The notes beneath the pieces are model-generated. The model was not told where the DNA came from, ran no database searches, and worked only from the letters and a program-made list of their open reading frames with translations. The position numbers and the translations under genes are program-made. Positions 13,349 to 25,650 of a DNA stretch of 64,000 nt are shown one piece after another (the first letter of the stretch is position 1; every line of letters starts with the position of its first letter). The DNA comes from Anthoceros angustus (taxonomy: Eukaryota > Plantae > Anthocerotophyta): assembly GCA_010909165.1 (NCBI GenBank), contig MU008213.1, forward strand, positions 224,371 to 288,370, written 5' to 3'.

Positions 13349-14713
13349 TGTCACCGACCAAACTGATGGCCACAAACACATGAGATTGGCGTCCTCTCTC
13401 CTGAATCCAGCAATGAAACTGCCAATTCCCATGGTTTGAAATGTTAATCACATGGCCTGGTGAGCTACTGCACTCTTTGAGATACGGCAGGCCGAAGGGA
13501 CTGCAAGATTGAAGAATTGAGATGGTTTAGAAGAATGAGAGGAAGGAAGGATGGGATCTTGGAGGGGCAGAATTAAACTTGACTAGAACTTCTTCAAGAG
13601 TTAAGCAGACTCGGAGGGATGAAGAGACCAGGAGGTTCAGTGACGCAGAGATGATGAAGGACATAAGAACATATACCATTGGCGGACGGAAAACAAAATT
13701 TACCATGCAGGCGAACAAGCCATTTCCCAGTCAGTTTAACCTGCAGGAAATCTCTCCAGGGCCAAGGCGAAAAATCGGTCAAGGGCGACGGACTTGCCAT
13801 TTCTCGATCTGCTCAACCTGCTGGGAATCTGTCGAGGGCCAAGGCGAAAAACCTGTCAAGGGCTAAGAAGCCATTTCTTAGTCAGTTCAATCTGCAGGGA
13901 ATCTGTCGAGAGCCAAGGCGAAAAACCTGTCAAGGGCGAAAAAGCCATTTCTCAGCCAGTTCAACCTGCAGGAATTCTGTCGAGGGCAAGGCTAAAAATC
14001 TGTGAAGGGCGAAGAATCCATTTCTCATCCAGTTCAACCTGCAGAGAACCTGTCCGAGGGCCAAGGCGAAAAATCTGTGCAGGGACAGATTTTTAACTTG
14101 GCTCTCGGTTATATTTCGTCCAATGAGGGAATTTTCTTCGCCATTGAACCAAAACTGGGAAATATTGTTATCAAAACCCTAAATTCCATTCTAGGGTTCC
14201 GAGACGGCGGCTGCCTATATATGTGACCTTGCACACCTTATTCCACTATACTCCTCCCTATCCTTTGGCAGTAGAGCAACAGCTGCTGAGACTTCTTCGA
14301 CGCGTGTGTTTGGAAGATGAGGGCTAAGGTTCGTCGCCTCTCTTGATCTGTGTGTGTATGAGTTGGCCTAGGTTTGCAGCCGGTCGTGTGCCGGCTCTTG
14401 GCTGCATTGTTTCGTCCCTGTGGAGTACGCGGGAGCGGCTTTTCTCTGTGTAGGCTTAGGTGCTCCTCTCGGTCTAGCTTGTGTTGTCTTGGAAAAACCC
14501 TGACCCTGACCTTGATGTTGTGGCCTGCAGTGGAAGAAAAAACGTATGCGCCGCCTCAAGCGCAAGCGCAGAAAGATGAGGCAAAGATCAAAGTAGGCTC
14601 TAGTTCCTAGGGCAAGGTACCTACATGTGCGCAACTCGATGGATGTGGGAGTTCGTGCCGTGGGGCACCTTAGCCTTGAGTCAGGGTGCGTAGGTATCCT
14701 CAGCGTCGTGACG
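13349..14713 (+). mobile_element. LTR-like segment with about five 74-bp tandem units and a TATA box
   Basis: Starts tgtcac (13349) and may end gtcgtgacg (14713). GCCATTT..CAACCTGCAG..GGCCAAGGCGAAAA unit at 13719, 13796, 13870, 13944, 14017; CTATATAT at ~14215. No TSD or PBS found. Confidence 0.45.
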
Positions 14714-15349
14714 GATAGGCTGGAGACGGGAAGCAACTGTGGATAAAGTTGACAGGATGTTGGACCTTGCCCTGGGCGAAAGGGATGGCTGCATCGTGGT
14801 GCTGCGGAACGCGTTCAGGGATTAGGTCTTGAATTTTCACAGTTACTCCATACGTCCAATTGGACTGAACTTCCTGCTCCTGTCGCAATGGTCTAGTGCA
14901 TGGGACATATTCATGTCCCTGGTGGTATGAGCATGCCACCGTTTCGGCTCTGTGGCGTTCTGCGGCTCTGTCTTCGTGTACACTTGTACCGTCGATCGTT
15001 GCTCCAAAAAACACGGGAAGGAGAATTTCTCCCTTCAACGTTGTACCACAACTGAGTAATCAACTTTTTTGTTGCCTATCCGCCTCGTCTTAGCATTCAA
15101 AATCGAAACACAATGGAAATGTTCATCTACGATATTTACGTCATTTCTCCGTCTCAGTCTGATTGATAGTACATTCACAAAACTGAGGCAACAACCTTGG
15201 CGACTCGTTAGCGTCCGAAACACTGATTTGGAATAGACATCGGCACAAGTCGGTGCTGGTAGGGGTGTGTGAAAGTTTTAGAATTGGGAGGCTAGCGAGA
15301 AGAAGGTACAGATGGTGGAAGCAGATCCGGAAGTACAGCTCCAGGGTTG

Positions 15350-16418
15350 TTAGTCCACGGGAACGTCTACCTCCATCACCATCCGAGAATTGCCAAGAAC
15401 CTGCCAAAAACGCTCACAGCATGGGGATACTCTGGTGTCAACAATAAGGCACCAGGAAAACCCCAACACCCCATGTTTCTGAAAAAAGAAATGGAACGGT
15501 GAGTTGCAAGAGCATTGCCAAGGACAGACCTTGATAAAGTCTTGCACGCTGAGCGTACTATCCTTGGAGAATCCAGAATCCTCTAGTGCTTGAATGACAA
15601 CTTGCTGCTAGAAGCACGAAACAAACCACTCCTGTCAATCACCTGCTCCAGGTTCTACAGATCACAGCCTAAGGGCAGAAAGAGGCAAGAAGCAACGTCG
15701 TGAAACTGGAGGAAGGAAATGAAGTGGCATGAACTGGAACCAACCTTCCGTTGCTCTTCCGTGAGATACTTCCCAGACAGGTCTCGAAGAACTTGCAAAA
15801 TATCCTCAGCAGATACCCTGCCCTTCCCGTTTCTGTCATACACCTTAAAGATGACTGCAAACCAACAACACCAGAAGAGAGTCACCACCGCCGCAAAAGC
15901 AGGCAACCAAATTGATGCAAAACCCTGATTGATTCCCGCTTACATTCCACTTTATGCTTGGAGCTGGCATTCGGGCTGAAGGCCGATAACAGCGCCACAA
16001 ACTCCTTGAAATTCAGACCTTCCAACATGCTCAGCAATCTCTGCATCCACCAGCAGGGAAACCTTTCACATTACTTCACATCGCCACAAGGCGGGGCTCG
16101 GTACTGCTGCTCCAACCACAACCGGATTAGGGCTTCCCACCTGCGACAGAGGATTCAAGGCGAATTCCGGAACCGCCATGAACTCATCAGCTAAAATAAA
16201 GCCCTTCCCGTTCCGATCCAGCGCGCAGAACCTGGCGTAGAGCGACACGATCTCGCGCTGCGAAACTGTACAGCCCAGAAGAGAAATCCATCAGGGCCAC
16301 CGCAACGGTACAACCGCAACCTCAACCGCAGCCAAGCAAGAAGCTTACAGATCTGCGAGCAGTGGGCCTGGACCTCCTCGATGTCGTACTGCGTCAGGGT
16401 GGAGGAGCTGTTCCCCAT
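15350..16418 (-). CDS. Calcineurin subunit B-like EF-hand protein (6 exons)
   Basis: Exons ~16418-16349, 16265-16141, 16040-15944, 15854-15745, 15607-15530, 15400-15350. MGNSSSTLTQYDIEEVQ..FCALDRNGKGFI..PEFALNPLSQ..IFKVYDRNGKGRVS..VQDFIKVLG..EVDVPVD*; N-terminal Gly is a possible myristoylation site. Confidence 0.92.
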
Positions 16419-16579
16419 CCCTTGCCCAGCTTCACGATCTCCACACACTCACACGCATTCACATGCAGCAGGCACCACTCCCAAGTGTGTTTCACGCTCG
16501 GCTCAGACCTAAAAGCCTCTCCTTTTATTCCAGGTGCTGCACACAAATGGCAACAAATGCAATGCTGCGGTTGCTGCCG

Positions 16580-17590
16580 TCACCTGCCTGCTATCTGCCA
16601 CCCGCCTGCAAGCCGGAGCTGCTCGGGCTTCAGGACCACATGCTTGATGGAGAACCTGTGGTAGGTGTAACTGACATGCACAAGCCCGTCGGAGCTCTGG
16701 ATGACGGCGGCGTAGGAGAACTCGGCATCGGCCTTCTCCGTCTCCTCCTCCAAGGTGAGCACCTGGGTCCAGGAGTCCCCGTCGTCGCCCGAGACGGCGG
16801 CCACCAGCACGCCCCGGGATAAGGTGTTGTAGACGAGCAGGAGGCGGCCGTCCTGCAGCCGGACCCCGTCGAAGCCGCAGTTGGGATTGTCCAGTGAGGT
16901 AGGCACCGCGGGAGACCAGGAATTCCTTCCGTCCTGGGACGAGGCGATGCAGATCTTGCGGATCTCGTCTGATGGGCGCAGCAAAGCGCGCACAGTCCCG
17001 TCCCGGCACAGGAACGGGACGGGCTGGATGACCCCGCCCGGCCCGTCGCGGACGTAGATCGGACCGTGCTTGGCCCAGCTCCGACCCCCGTCCGGGGTGG
17101 CGTCCATCCAGGCTCCCCACGCGTTCCAGCTCTCCACGGACGAGCCGCACAGCAGGCTGCCGTCGCCCAGCTGCAGGGGCTTGTTCTTGGCCGGACCCAG
17201 AATGCCGGGCGGGAGGGCCTCGCGGGGGGACCAGCTCCGGCCGTTGTCGCCTGATCGTTTCAGGAACCCGCTCCATTTCTGGACCTCCGGCCCGATCTTG
17301 TAGAAGAGCAGGAGCTCGCCGTTGGGCATTTTCCACAGCACCGGGTTCCACATCGCCACGCCCGGCTCGTCGTCCGCCTTCTCGGGGTTCAGCCATCTCC
17401 CCGCTTCGAGCCGGGACGTCCAGATGGCCACGTCCGCCTGGCCCTCCCACGAGCCTCCGAAATAGGCCACCAGGAAGCTGTCCGTCTCCAGCTCCACGAT
17501 GCTGGAGGCATGGCAGCTCCCAAACGGCGCTTTCCCTACTTCGAAGAGCAATTCTTCCTGCACCACGGCCCAGCCGCGTTCTGGGTCCAT
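16580..17590 (-). CDS. BNR/Asp-box repeat (sialidase-like, BNR_2) protein, 336 aa, intronless
   Basis: [40 protein letters not shown]; four Asp-box-like motifs ([32 protein letters not shown]). Confidence 0.92.
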   Translation of the reverse strand: MDPERGWAVVQEELLFEVGKAPFGSCHASSIVELETDSFLVAYFGGSWEGQADVAIWTSRLEAGRWLNPEKADDEPGVAMWNPVLWKMPNGELLLFYKIGPEVQKWSGFLKRSGDNGRSWSPREALPPGILGPAKNKPLQLGDGSLLCGSSVESWNAWGAWMDATPDGGRSWAKHGPIYVRDGPGGVIQPVPFLCRDGTVRALLRPSDEIRKICIASSQDGRNSWSPAVPTSLDNPNCGFDGVRLQDGRLLLVYNTLSRGVLVAAVSGDDGDSWTQVLTLEEETEKADAEFSYAAVIQSSDGLVHVSYTYHRFSIKHVVLKPEQLRLAGGWQIAGR

Positions 17591-18039
17591 GATCCTGCCG
17601 GTGATGCTTGCTGGACCCTAGGGTTTGGGGGGAGCGGTAGGGTTTGAGGATCGGAGGGGCTCGGATCGCTGTTGTGGTCACTGTGTGGAACGGTGGTAGC
17701 ACGGCCACATCGAAGGTGGGCGGGGGAAGCGTGGGAACGGTGATGACGCATTTTTATATTGTGTGAACTCTTGTTAGATTTTGTGCGGCTCAAATCTGCT
17801 GCTTCTTCATGGGAATCCGGCGGGCAGCAGCCTACAGCAGCAGGCGATTTGTATGGCAAGCAACCCTCTGTTGCCAGCAAGATGGCCTGAGACGGTATCG
17901 AGGGCATCACGTTGCAGTGGCAGAGCAGTGGCATGGCTTCCAGGAGGTATGGGAGGTTCTCTCGGCTGCATGAACTGTTTTTCGTGCTACTTGCGGGGTT
18001 TAGTTATCTGATGATGAGGGTATTAGTTGGATTGCAGAC

Positions 18040-20253
18040 GTGTTGAATGTTGCGGCGGTGTTCGAAGTCGGTCCATGGATTTATGGCAGCAGGAAGGTTC
18101 CGGGGAGTCGAGCGTTCTCAGTTGATGCCATAGAGCAGCAATGGTTGAGGAGGAGGATGCAAGGAAAGAAGAAGTTTTGCTGCAGAGATGCTGTAGTTCA
18201 GTTTCGGAGGGGCAACGATGTGTTGGCGCAGGAAGGAAGGCAATGGCCACCGACACCGTTTCTGTTGAAAAATCTTCAGGCAGACACTCTTTTGGGTATC
18301 CTGAACAGGAAATGTAAGGATGGCTTTCGAGATGAAGCCCTTTACCAGCTTGATTTCAGGATCGAGACGTATCATGTGAGACGGATAATTAGATTGCACG
18401 ACGACGTTAAGGTAGCTTTGAGCTTTTTCAACTGGGCCACGACTCTGCCAGGCTATAGGCATGACTCCTCCGCATATACTCTCATGCTCAGAAGACTTGG
18501 AGATGAGCGGCTGTTTGAGCTTATGTGGGACCAACTGGAGCAGATGATTAGCGATGCCTGTAGGATATCAGACTTCACTGTGACGACAGTGCTCACGAAA
18601 TTTGGCAAGGGAGGACGCCTCAACTCCTCAGTCGATGCTTTTCGCAGGTTTCGCGATGCTGGGTTCAAGCACAACGTGGTTACATATAATTGCGTAATCG
18701 GATTATTGGTTAAAGGAGGGTACGATATTCAGGAAGTTCAAATGCTTTTCTATGAAATGGAAAGGGAAGGTTGCCTTCCAAATGTGAACACTTACAACAT
18801 GCTAATTAACGGACTCGCTAAAGCAGGCTGCTTGGACGAGGCTTGCAAAGTCTTTGAAACTATGAGTGTAGATCAGAGGTTTAAATCAGCTGTGGATTTG
18901 TCTTCCCTTGTTAAGCTGGGATGTACATTGATTCTACCTGATGAAAGTGTCAAAGGGTTGTCGTACGCAGACCTGATTGATTTAGCACGTGAAGCTGGTA
19001 AAATCTGCGAGGCCGAGACGCTTGCTGCAAAATTAGAAGAGATAACTGTGGTGCCTGATGTCATCACATACAGCGTGCTCATCGATGCACTTTGTAAGGC
19101 CGGCAAGCTGGACAAGGCTTGTACACTTTTTTCCCAAATGAAGAAGGGGGGTAACAGACCAAATGTGTTCACATACAGTGCAATCATTTCTGGTCTTGCC
19201 AAAGCGCAGAGGTGGGCAGCAGCTGAACAATATTTCGATGAAATGCAGGCTGAAGGATGTACACCCAATGTCGTAACATACACCATAGTCATAGACGGAC
19301 TGGGAAGAAAGGGAGACGTTGATAAAGCTGCAGAATTAATCACAGAAATGAAGAGCAGAGGCTGCTTTCCGAACGTCGTTACATACACTTCACTTATTTC
19401 CTCCCTTTTTAAAGCAGGAAGAATGGATCTGGCACGGAAGACATTTGAAGACATGAAAAAAGAACACCAGGAGCCCAATGTCAACACATATAATGTGCTG
19501 ATCAATGGACTGCTCCAGGCAGAACAGTTTGATGAAGCCCTCAAGCTTTGTCGAGGGATGTGCAGAAGTGGTGTGGTACCAGATTTGGTCACACATAATA
19601 GTCTCATCTCTGGGTTTGGGAAGGCAGGCCAGGTCACTGAAGCTCTGGCACTCTTTAACCAGATGAAGGATATGGGCCCTGCCCCAGATACATTCACCTA
19701 CACTGCAATGACACATTTGCTGGGCAAGGCCGAGCGCATTAAGGAAGCGCACGACCTCTTCTTACAGATGAAAGAAATGGGCTTCATTCCTGACGTTGTT
19801 TGCTACAGCACGCTCATTGATATGTTTGGGAAGACTGGACAGGTGGAGGAGGCATATAAAATTTTCAATGAAATGAGGCAGTCTGGCTGCGAACCAAATG
19901 TGATTACATATACTTGTATGCTTGATGCCTTTGGCAAAGCGGGCTATGTATCTGAGGTAGTTGGCTTGTTTGAAAAAATGCTGCAAGAGGGTCTGGTCCC
20001 AGATCTGCTCAGCTTTAATGTCCTATTGGATGCTCATTGCAATGCAGGTGACGTCGATGAGGCCCTCAAGGTCTTTGATAACATGCAAAAGTTAGGGTCC
20101 GGACCTGATCTGATTGCTTACAGCACGGTGATAAAAGGTCTAGCAAAGGTTGGCAGGATGGCTGAAGCTGCAAGGCTTTTTGACAAAATGAAGCAGAAGC
20201 ACATCAGAAGCAATCCACAGGCAGATGAAACCACGTCTCGCTTGACTTGCTGA
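18040..20253 (+). CDS. P-class pentatricopeptide repeat protein (~700-737 aa; start uncertain)
   Basis: About 15 tandem 35-aa repeats of the type PNVVTYTIVIDGLGRKGDVDKAAELITEMKSRGC in one ORF. Confidence 0.93.
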   Translation: MLNVAAVFEVGPWIYGSRKVPGSRAFSVDAIEQQWLRRRMQGKKKFCCRDAVVQFRRGNDVLAQEGRQWPPTPFLLKNLQADTLLGILNRKCKDGFRDEALYQLDFRIETYHVRRIIRLHDDVKVALSFFNWATTLPGYRHDSSAYTLMLRRLGDERLFELMWDQLEQMISDACRISDFTVTTVLTKFGKGGRLNSSVDAFRRFRDAGFKHNVVTYNCVIGLLVKGGYDIQEVQMLFYEMEREGCLPNVNTYNMLINGLAKAGCLDEACKVFETMSVDQRFKSAVDLSSLVKLGCTLILPDESVKGLSYADLIDLAREAGKICEAETLAAKLEEITVVPDVITYSVLIDALCKAGKLDKACTLFSQMKKGGNRPNVFTYSAIISGLAKAQRWAAAEQYFDEMQAEGCTPNVVTYTIVIDGLGRKGDVDKAAELITEMKSRGCFPNVVTYTSLISSLFKAGRMDLARKTFEDMKKEHQEPNVNTYNVLINGLLQAEQFDEALKLCRGMCRSGVVPDLVTHNSLISGFGKAGQVTEALALFNQMKDMGPAPDTFTYTAMTHLLGKAERIKEAHDLFLQMKEMGFIPDVVCYSTLIDMFGKTGQVEEAYKIFNEMRQSGCEPNVITYTCMLDAFGKAGYVSEVVGLFEKMLQEGLVPDLLSFNVLLDAHCNAGDVDEALKVFDNMQKLGSGPDLIAYSTVIKGLAKVGRMAEAARLFDKMKQKHIRSNPQADETTSRLTC

Positions 20254-20498
20254 AATGGCAAGAACTAAGTGTGGAGCCAAGCTGTGAGCCTTGGAGAGGT
20301 ACACAATTGAAAATGTCTGCCAACGTCGTACCACCTAAATCTTACCTGGAGTAGTTCAGCCAAGAATTGGCACTGTTGGACAGCACTCTGGATTCCAGGC
20401 AACCTGACGGTGTAATTAGCAGGACTTTCGACAAAAGCCACGCAGCATGAAACGTGGCTTGCAGGAGGTTTGGTAGCCTTTTGGTGGTGTCCATCAGC

Positions 20499-23400
20499 TT
20501 ACTCAAACTCAGATATCACGACAAGGGAATCTCCTTGTTTGAAGGTGAGTGGGTCTCTTTTATTGCATGGATTGAGCACCTGATGCATGAAGAGGATGAA
20601 ATCAGATACTGGCTATGGCTTGGCTGCATGCAAATTTATGTCTGGAGGACGTACTGTGTTATCACCCTGTCCGTATCCTATGGCAACTTCATTTCGTGAA
20701 TTGGCCCTCTCTGTTAGCTCAGAAAATGAAGCCGACTCTCCATCTCGTAGATACAGTCCAATATCCTGAATTAACAAGCAGTGAAGCATGAGGAAGAAGA
20801 AACAGATAGTACTGCTGCATTTGAGAGTGTCAGAGGGGGTAAGTGTGAGCACCTTAACATATATTTCATTACCCCAAGAGTTCAGTAACTCTGTCCACAC
20901 GTCGTTCAGTTCACTATGCTCCGTTACTGCATGAAAAGGTGGGCTTGTTCAAATCATGATCCGTTAATAGTTAAGATGGAAACTGATATGTCTTTAGTTG
21001 TGCATTGTGCAGCTTGTTGCAGGGGTTGGCAACGTGGGGAACTGGGAAGCAGAGTATTGGCCAGTGGCTTAATTTCACCTTGTGCTGTTACAAGTCCTGT
21101 CAATTCACTCGTGCCGATGAATGACAAAGAACCTTGGCTTCTCACTACCTGTAGTTGCCACAATTTGGTGGTTAGTACCAGCCAGGGAACCAGGTCCTAT
21201 TTCCAGCAATCTACTGATGGTGCAAAATACCTGCTTTCCAAGCTTGGTGTCAACAAATTCCGCAACCAAGCTAGTGACCTGAGGGACGGGATGTTTCCGT
21301 CATTAGATCAGTCCCGTTCACAACTCAGGATGGAAGGGAGGCATGGTGGACATATATTCTTACTTTGACGTGGTGCTTCTTGCAAAGTGCCTGGGCTAGC
21401 AGAAGGGCAAACACAGATTGCTTGTCTGGCTTTGATGCATCTGTCCAGGTATGTTCTCGGTTAGAGGACGCGATAATGTGCAGCAGGTAAGGACAAAGCT
21501 CAGGATATTGCATGGGAGCAGCATGATGCGTTTGTGAAAAAGAAACACCTCCTACGTGCCACCCTTGATCTGCAACAACAACGACTGAAAGTGGCAGCTG
21601 TTCTCTCTCGTCAGCATTGTGAACCGGATGAGCAGATTTGGAAGTTTTGTGTACTGCATCCCTACCCATGATAGCGCTTTTTAAATCTGTTCGGCTCATT
21701 GGGTTACCAATCTGAAACCGTCACACGCACATTCCTCATGCTTCTGAATTGCCATTCAACACTGTATCAAGAGCATGACTGCCCAGGGACATGGTCGGCA
21801 CTGTACCTTGTGGATCACCTGAACGTTTTTCAAAGGAGTTGTGATGCGTCGGTCCATAGCAATCGTTCTTTGCTCAATTGGTGCCTCCGCCAAGATAATC
21901 TAGCCCCACGTCACAGGTAAGGATTTTTTTATGTAATGGTTGTCAAATCCATGGATTTTGTCCATCGTCTCTTACCAGTTCACTACCAGGGCCAACATAG
22001 TCGTCGTACTCGAGCACCATCTCGCTCACACCTGGACGCCATCCCAGCATAACGATACGCTCCTTCTTGGGTGTGTACCAATCGGAAGTCTGTATAACAG
22101 AAAAAGATGCGTATGAGATTCTGATAACGAGTTACAGGTCGAAGGTAAGGCTGCGGTCATACAAGGGGGAAAAAAACAGACTTTTATTGAAGTCCACACT
22201 GGACGAGATATGTGCCAACCTTGGAATGTGCTTTTTCATGTTTCTCGGCAGGAACCGGGTTTCCTAGGTTCTTAGACAACACGGTATCATAGTCATAGAC
22301 GGCAGGAATACCAGAAGTCGATTTCTCCAGGTGAGCAATGGTGTTGCGGTATTTAGTTGCCGTTGCCAAGAGGCCAGGAGGGGGCTCGGTGTGTGTGTTC
22401 TTAGGGCAAATGAGCAGCAACTGACGACAAGAAACAACCGGAGAGGTGAAGGATGCGTTATACCAGGGGAAAAAATGATCAGGGCGTGATCAAACAGAGA
22501 TGCAGAAGTGTCTGATGACGAAGATGCAAACCTTGTCTGCCGCTTGCAGAACCAAGTAGTCCTTCGGGTGGAAATCTATTTTGCCATCACGAATCATCCC
22601 ACAAACAACGGCCTGTAGAGAGTTTCAAGAATCAGTTGTACAGCCGTAGGCTGTATGTTACAAAGAAAATGAACACCGACAGAGGAAAGAAAAATGCACC
22701 TCTGGAAATCCCCGGCGCACTTGGCGGTACGGGATGCCAGCAAGGCTTGGATAACTTCTCAGATTGATGTCGACCTCTCCTATAATCAGCGTGGATTGAT
22801 TATCAGCGGGTGCCGGTGGAATCAACAGCATATTAAATAAAATCTTGCATCCACTTGGGGATAAGACACAAACATGGGACTTTACTTCCGTGATCAAGTA
22901 GCTGCTGGTAGACATCAATCAACCCCCGCTGTCGTGAACACTGTACAAACAACTTGGCAGCCAGATTCTGAACTGGGCTCACTCTGAGACCAAGAAGTGA
23001 CTTCATAAGATCTGCAGTACTCGCCTTAGATACCTGAAATAGTATTTTGTCAATTAATAAAGGTTCAAATGATGCTTACGTTTGTTGAAACACCCATGCA
23101 AGAAACAACCTCCACCACAAAATTTGCAGAGGACTTCTCCATAAGTGGTTGCAATGCCAAAACCGATAGGACAATATCAGCATCTGCTTCATACCTACAG
23201 ACAAGTCATTAGGTTCACATGCTTACATGCTGTGCAACTTGATGAGAGATGCCAGAGGGAGGAACGCAATAGATTCCTATCCAGCTAGCTATGCCAACAA
23301 ACAGCTTGAGAGCGAGAACACGTACGCGTCGTCTTTGTTAGCTAACAGCATAACAGAGCGTGCTTTCTCTGCTGCAACTCGTTGGAACGAGCTCGTATCT

Positions 23401-25650
23401 GTGAGACTACCACTGCAGACCACTATTGTCCAGTAATTAAAAATGCTTTACTCTAGAGAGACTGCTGCGAACCAAGGCATTACAAACGTGCATACGTTTT
23501 CCAGAGATTTCTAAACCACGCGTGGCATACCTTCGAGTTAGAATCTCAATTTGGGGGCAGTCCTCTCGGATGGACGCAAGTAGTTTCTCAGTATCCTTTC
23601 TTGGTCGTTCTGAGAGGAGCAACACCTTCTGCGTCCTGTGAGCCGTGTCCATGCCAGAAGGTTAAGGAGAGGTCCTTGCCTCACGTATGCCATAAAGGAG
23701 ACCCCTTGCAAGTTCAGAACATTCAGTCAGGTACCTCGCATGAGCAGTGCCGTCCCTTAGAGCTAGTTCATGTGACTTGTTCAGCTGCTGCAAGATTGTA
23801 GGCAGGTGATTATTTGCCCCACAGATGACTATGTGGCCTTGCTCCATCACCTTTGATCGGGCACCTTCTCTTAGTAGATCAATTCGAGTCTACAGGCAGG
23901 AAGCAGCACACACTTTCTGAGGGACGTTCAGCAGTCATCGTCATCGTGCTAAGGCATGCCATAATGTCTGTGGTCACTCCTCTGTGAAGTTAAGCTATTT
24001 GCAACGAGTAAATTCACATGCAATGCGACCTCATTCAAGAAGGACTCAAAGTGTCAGACCTTGAACTGTGCAGTCATTGTACCGGTGAGCAAAGAATAGA
24101 AAAGCAACCCACCAATTGCACATAAAAGCCCTATTGTCCGCTCAGCCCCTGATTTTTCCTGCATGCCACAAGGTCAAAAATGACTTGACACTGACGCTGT
24201 CACAAGAGCTGTGAGACAATAACCAAAACAAACCAACCTTTAGGTGCATGCTAGAATTACAGACGCATCCCCATGCATCCCACATGGAATCCCCCAGCGT
24301 CTGAGCATCAGGTCTGTTAGACATGGAGAGTGATCAGAGAGCATCTTCGAAGAATTCAAATATTTTGTACTGTGCTGCATTACATAGCTAAAATTCAAGC
24401 ACTGGCACAACCGAAGAGAGCACAGTTTTCTCAATCAGATACCTGTTACTATGGAAGAATATGCCTCCCACAACGATCAAAATAATGCAGGCCCCAAGCA
24501 GAAAGAGCACATACCTACAGTGTTCCAACATAGAGTAAATTGAACAGCTCCCAGTTGAGTCCAAAGGGTTTCGTGAGAAGCTCGAGCCATTCTTACATGG
24601 ACTTTAAACAAAATACTGTACACAGGATTGCCACTTACGACATTGGGTGCCTCTCCAGAAGCACATCCATCATGTACGACATGCGAGCCAGCATAGGACC
24701 TGTGTCCCAAGCTGGACATCGAAACTCCCATTCAAATGGAATCCTGCCTTGCCATAGCGAAGAAGCCATAAACCCAAGCTGGCTTGAGTCGGTCCTCCAG
24801 GCAGGAATATTCTTTGACAGGGAAGAGGCTGCGTGGATAGCATTCAGGAGCAAGAAGGATGAACCTTGCTGTGACAATGAAGCCAGTACCGCTGCTGGCT
24901 TCCTTGGCGACACAGACCTCATTGCACAAAAGAGTAGACCAGTGTCAATTAGCCTCTGCAAAAGCGTGCACTACCCTTCAAGTTAGTGCTTGCCCAGACA
25001 TAATCATCAAGGAACCAACTACCAACTGAATGAGGTGCAGATCATTACTCTAAAAGGAAATAGATCCAGAAATTGTGTCGTTCTCCTCTTAGCTCTTGCA
25101 TCACATTGAAAATACTCCACTCCATCAGAACCTCTCTGCTGTTTGCCTCTCAGCAACCTTAATGGATCCGTCATTGAGTTCCCATGACTTCTGCCCTGAT
25201 CTTCAAAACGGCATGACTCTTCGCCAGTCCCACCTGATCAAAAAAAGTTGCACATTTACTTTAGTCTAGGAGCCATCCAGGAACCATTTTCCTGCAAAGG
25301 GGAGCAGTTTTATTCCTAGAAGGATAGATCTGCACCGTCGAGGGAAGATGCCCTGGCAAGACCTCTCTTACACCTCCGAGGAAGCGTTCTTGAAATACAC
25401 CTTCGAATCACAGAAAGCCTTCATCACATGCACAACCGCCACCATGTTAGCGAATGCCTTTGATGACCACCACCTTCGCTCCAGCGCAACCCGAAAGTTG
25501 CCACAAAGTGAACAATTGACTCAAGTGTGACAGCAAGGAGCCTTGCCTGTACCTTAGCACAGGAAAATTACACCTCAAGCAAGACTGCTGCGCAAGTAGC
25601 TGCCCCCTTTCAAGCACCAGCAGCTGTACATTATGCACATGTACCATTGC
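20499..25650 (-). CDS. PEC1: POLLUX/CASTOR-like plastid envelope cation channel (PEC1/2-like), multi-exon; 5' boundary approximate
   Basis: Exons read [123 protein letters not shown] and last exon [26 protein letters not shown]. Confidence 0.85.

Noticed and set aside
14720-15340. Gypsy gag downstream of the LTR-like segment
   Set aside because: No PBS and no recognisable gag motif in any frame.
16509-17708. 399-aa alternative minus-strand ORF
   Set aside because: An off-frame, Arg/Gly-rich product overlapping the clear BNR frame.
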